Source: Candidatus Aminicenantes bacterium
GTDB lineage: Bacteria > Acidobacteriota > Aminicenantia > Aminicenantales > Saccharicenantaceae
DNA: 64,000 bases
Assembly: GCA_963743205.1 (NCBI GenBank)
Contig: CAVUOW010000004.1
Span: forward strand, 422,978 to 486,977
Reading direction: 5' to 3'
In this document: piece by piece, positions 62,207 to 64,000 of the stretch
Position numbering within the stretch: position 1 is the first letter of the stretch
Layout: each line of letters opens with the position of its first letter
Program-made: the position numbers and the translations under genes
Notes under the pieces: model-generated
Told to the model about the DNA's origin: nothing
The model's input: only the letters and a program-made list of their open reading frames with translations
The model's database searches: none

Positions 62207-63353
62207 GGGCTTCGACGTCATCGTCGTCGGCTCCGGAAGCGTGGGCACGCCCACGGCCATGAACCTGGCCGAAGCCGGTCTCAAGGTCCTGGTCATCGAT
62301 CAATTCCCGAGCGTCGGTCAAGGCTCGAACAAGCGGGCCATCGGCGGGCTGCGGGCCACTCACTCCGACCCGGCCAAGATCCGGCTGTGCCTGCGGAGCC
62401 TGGAGATCTTCTCGACCTGGAAAGAGCGCTGCGGGGACGACATCGAGTGGCACAAAGGCGGCTATAGCTACGTGGCCTATCGGCCCGAGGAGGAACGGAC
62501 CCTCAAGGATCTCCTCGTCATCCAGAAGCGCTACGGCCTCGCCATCGATTGGCACGACGCCGCGGGCTTCCTCGAGATCATCCCGGACCTCAATCCCGAC
62601 GGCCTCATCGGCGGGACACTGTCGCCCGACGACGGCAACGCCTCTCCCCTGCTCGCCTGTCATGCGTTCTACAGACGGGCGAAGTCTCTTGGCGCCGTGT
62701 TCCATTTCAGCGAGCGCGTGGCCGCCCTGATCACCGCCGGCGGCCGCGTGACGGGCGTGCGCACGGACAAGGGCGAATACGGCGCCCCGATCGTCGTCAA
62801 CGCGGCCGGGCCCAGGGGTGCGGAGGTCGCGGCCTTGGCCGGTGTCGACGTCCCCGTCCGTCCCGATTCGCACGAGGCCGCCGTGACCGAGGCCGTGGCC
62901 CGGTTCCTCGAGCCGATGGTCGTCGATATCCGCCCCGTGGCCGGCTCGGCCAACTATTATTTCTACCAGCATGCCACCGGCCAGGTCATCTTCTGCATCA
63001 CCCCCAGCCCCAGCATTTGGGGGGAGGACGTCCGCGAGACAAGCTCCTTCCTGCCCATGGTCGCCGACCGCATGGTCGGACTCATTCCCCGGCTCAGGAA
63101 CCTGCGCGTCCGCAGGACTTGGCGCGGCCTCTATCCCATGACCCCGGACGGATCGCCGATCGTCGGCTGGGCCCGCGAGCTCGAGGGGTATCTGCTGGCC
63201 ATCGGGATGTGCGGCCAGGGGTTCATGCTCGGCCCCGGGACAGGCGAGCTTGTCGGACGCATGGTCCGGGGCTCGACCACCGAGGACGACCGGGAGACGC
63301 TGACTTACCTCAACCCCTACCGCGAGTTCAAGGGCGAGGAAAAGCTGAAGTAA
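62193..63353 (+). CDS. FAD-dependent oxidoreductase (DAO family; sarcosine oxidase / proline dehydrogenase beta-like)
   Basis: GSGSVG, VNAAG, RTWRGLYPMTPDG.P, GQGFMLGP. Confidence 0.88.
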   Translation: MTATKGFDVIVVGSGSVGTPTAMNLAEAGLKVLVIDQFPSVGQGSNKRAIGGLRATHSDPAKIRLCLRSLEIFSTWKERCGDDIEWHKGGYSYVAYRPEEERTLKDLLVIQKRYGLAIDWHDAAGFLEIIPDLNPDGLIGGTLSPDDGNASPLLACHAFYRRAKSLGAVFHFSERVAALITAGGRVTGVRTDKGEYGAPIVVNAAGPRGAEVAALAGVDVPVRPDSHEAAVTEAVARFLEPMVVDIRPVAGSANYYFYQHATGQVIFCITPSPSIWGEDVRETSSFLPMVADRMVGLIPRLRNLRVRRTWRGLYPMTPDGSPIVGWARELEGYLLAIGMCGQGFMLGPGTGELVGRMVRGSTTEDDRETLTYLNPYREFKGEEKLK

Positions 63354-63359
63354 GTCCTC

Positions 63360-64000
63360 ATGAAGCCGAAAGCCGCTTTCCTGGCGCTCATGCTGGGAGC
63401 GCTTTTCTTTTGCGCCTGCTCAGGACCCTCCGTGAAAATGGGCACCCCGACGGGAGCGGCTTCCGATTGGCTGATCGATCCATCCCCCTTCCGGGCCCGG
63501 GTCCGGGTCGATCCGAATGATCCGTCCACCCTTCACCTCGAGAACGGACTCGTCCGCCGCACTCTCCGTCTTTCGCCGAACGCCGCGAGCGTCGATCTTC
63601 TCAATTTGGCCACGGGAGAAGCTGTCCTGCGCGCCGTCCGCCCGGAGGCCTCGATCGTCCTGGACGGACAAGCCTATGATATCGGCGGTCTTCTCGGCCA
63701 GCCGGAACAGGGCTACCTTTTGGGATCCTGGCTCCCCTCCATGACCTCCGATCCCGGCGCCTACCACTTCCGCGATTATGAAACGGGGCCGATCACCGAG
63801 CGCTTCGGCTGGCTGCGCAAGCGCCCCGCGGAGGACCGGCCCTGGCCTCCTCCGGGTATCCGTCTCGTGCTTCGTTTCGATCCTCCGGCCTCGCTGACGC
63901 ATGGGCCGCGGGTCTCGATCGTCTACGAGCTCTACGATGGCCTCCCGCTCCTGGCGAAAAGGCTTGAGATCGAAAATTCGGATGCCGCCTCGATCCGCCT
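63360..64000 (+). CDS. Secreted/lipoprotein, possibly alpha-galactosidase-like, 3' partial (absent from the ORF track because it has no stop in the window)
   Basis: Open frame from ATG 63360: MKPKAAFLALMLGALFFCAC...DWLID...LENGLVRR...RAVRPEA...YELYDGLPLLAK; family assignment is from recollection. Confidence 0.65.
   Translation, partial: MKPKAAFLALMLGALFFCACSGPSVKMGTPTGAASDWLIDPSPFRARVRVDPNDPSTLHLENGLVRRTLRLSPNAASVDLLNLATGEAVLRAVRPEASIVLDGQAYDIGGLLGQPEQGYLLGSWLPSMTSDPGAYHFRDYETGPITERFGWLRKRPAEDRPWPPPGIRLVLRFDPPASLTHGPRVSIVYELYDGLPLLAKRLEIENSDAASIR

Overview
High-GC bacterial chromosomal window of mostly housekeeping and catabolic genes. Gene content suggests a diderm, peptide/amino-acid- and sugar-degrading anaerobe; an Aminicenantes/Acidobacteriota-like lineage is my guess only. 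It holds about 50 CDSs: M16/M20/M24 peptidases, ftcD, znuABC-like ABC transporter, hydantoinase/oxoprolinase AB, purF, ychF, nuoJKLMN, a sigma54 activator, PFOR, dnaX-ybaB-recR, rocD, hom, tadA, thrC, glycoside hydrolases, mscL, pilT, ggt and a proline/sarcosine dehydrogenase-like pair. It also carries three tRNAs (fMet, Ser-GGA, Ser-CGA) and the RNase P RNA gene. I found no CRISPR array, prophage, integrase, transposase or defence island, and I cannot support a large novel system here. The best leads are small: (1) a RidA with both a Tat signal and a second internal SD+ATG start; (2) rnpB overlapping the 3' end of a sigma54 activator gene, with its promoter inside the HTH codons; (3) an orphan RfaH-like NusG paralog coupled to a nitrilase lacking the catalytic Lys; (4) a PurF lacking catalytic Cys1; (5) two consensus sigma54 promoters; (6) several apparently leaderless genes; (7) a stand-alone nuoJ-N membrane arm. 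Four single-base frameshifts in conserved genes most likely reflect assembly indel errors, which weakens any single-base claim.
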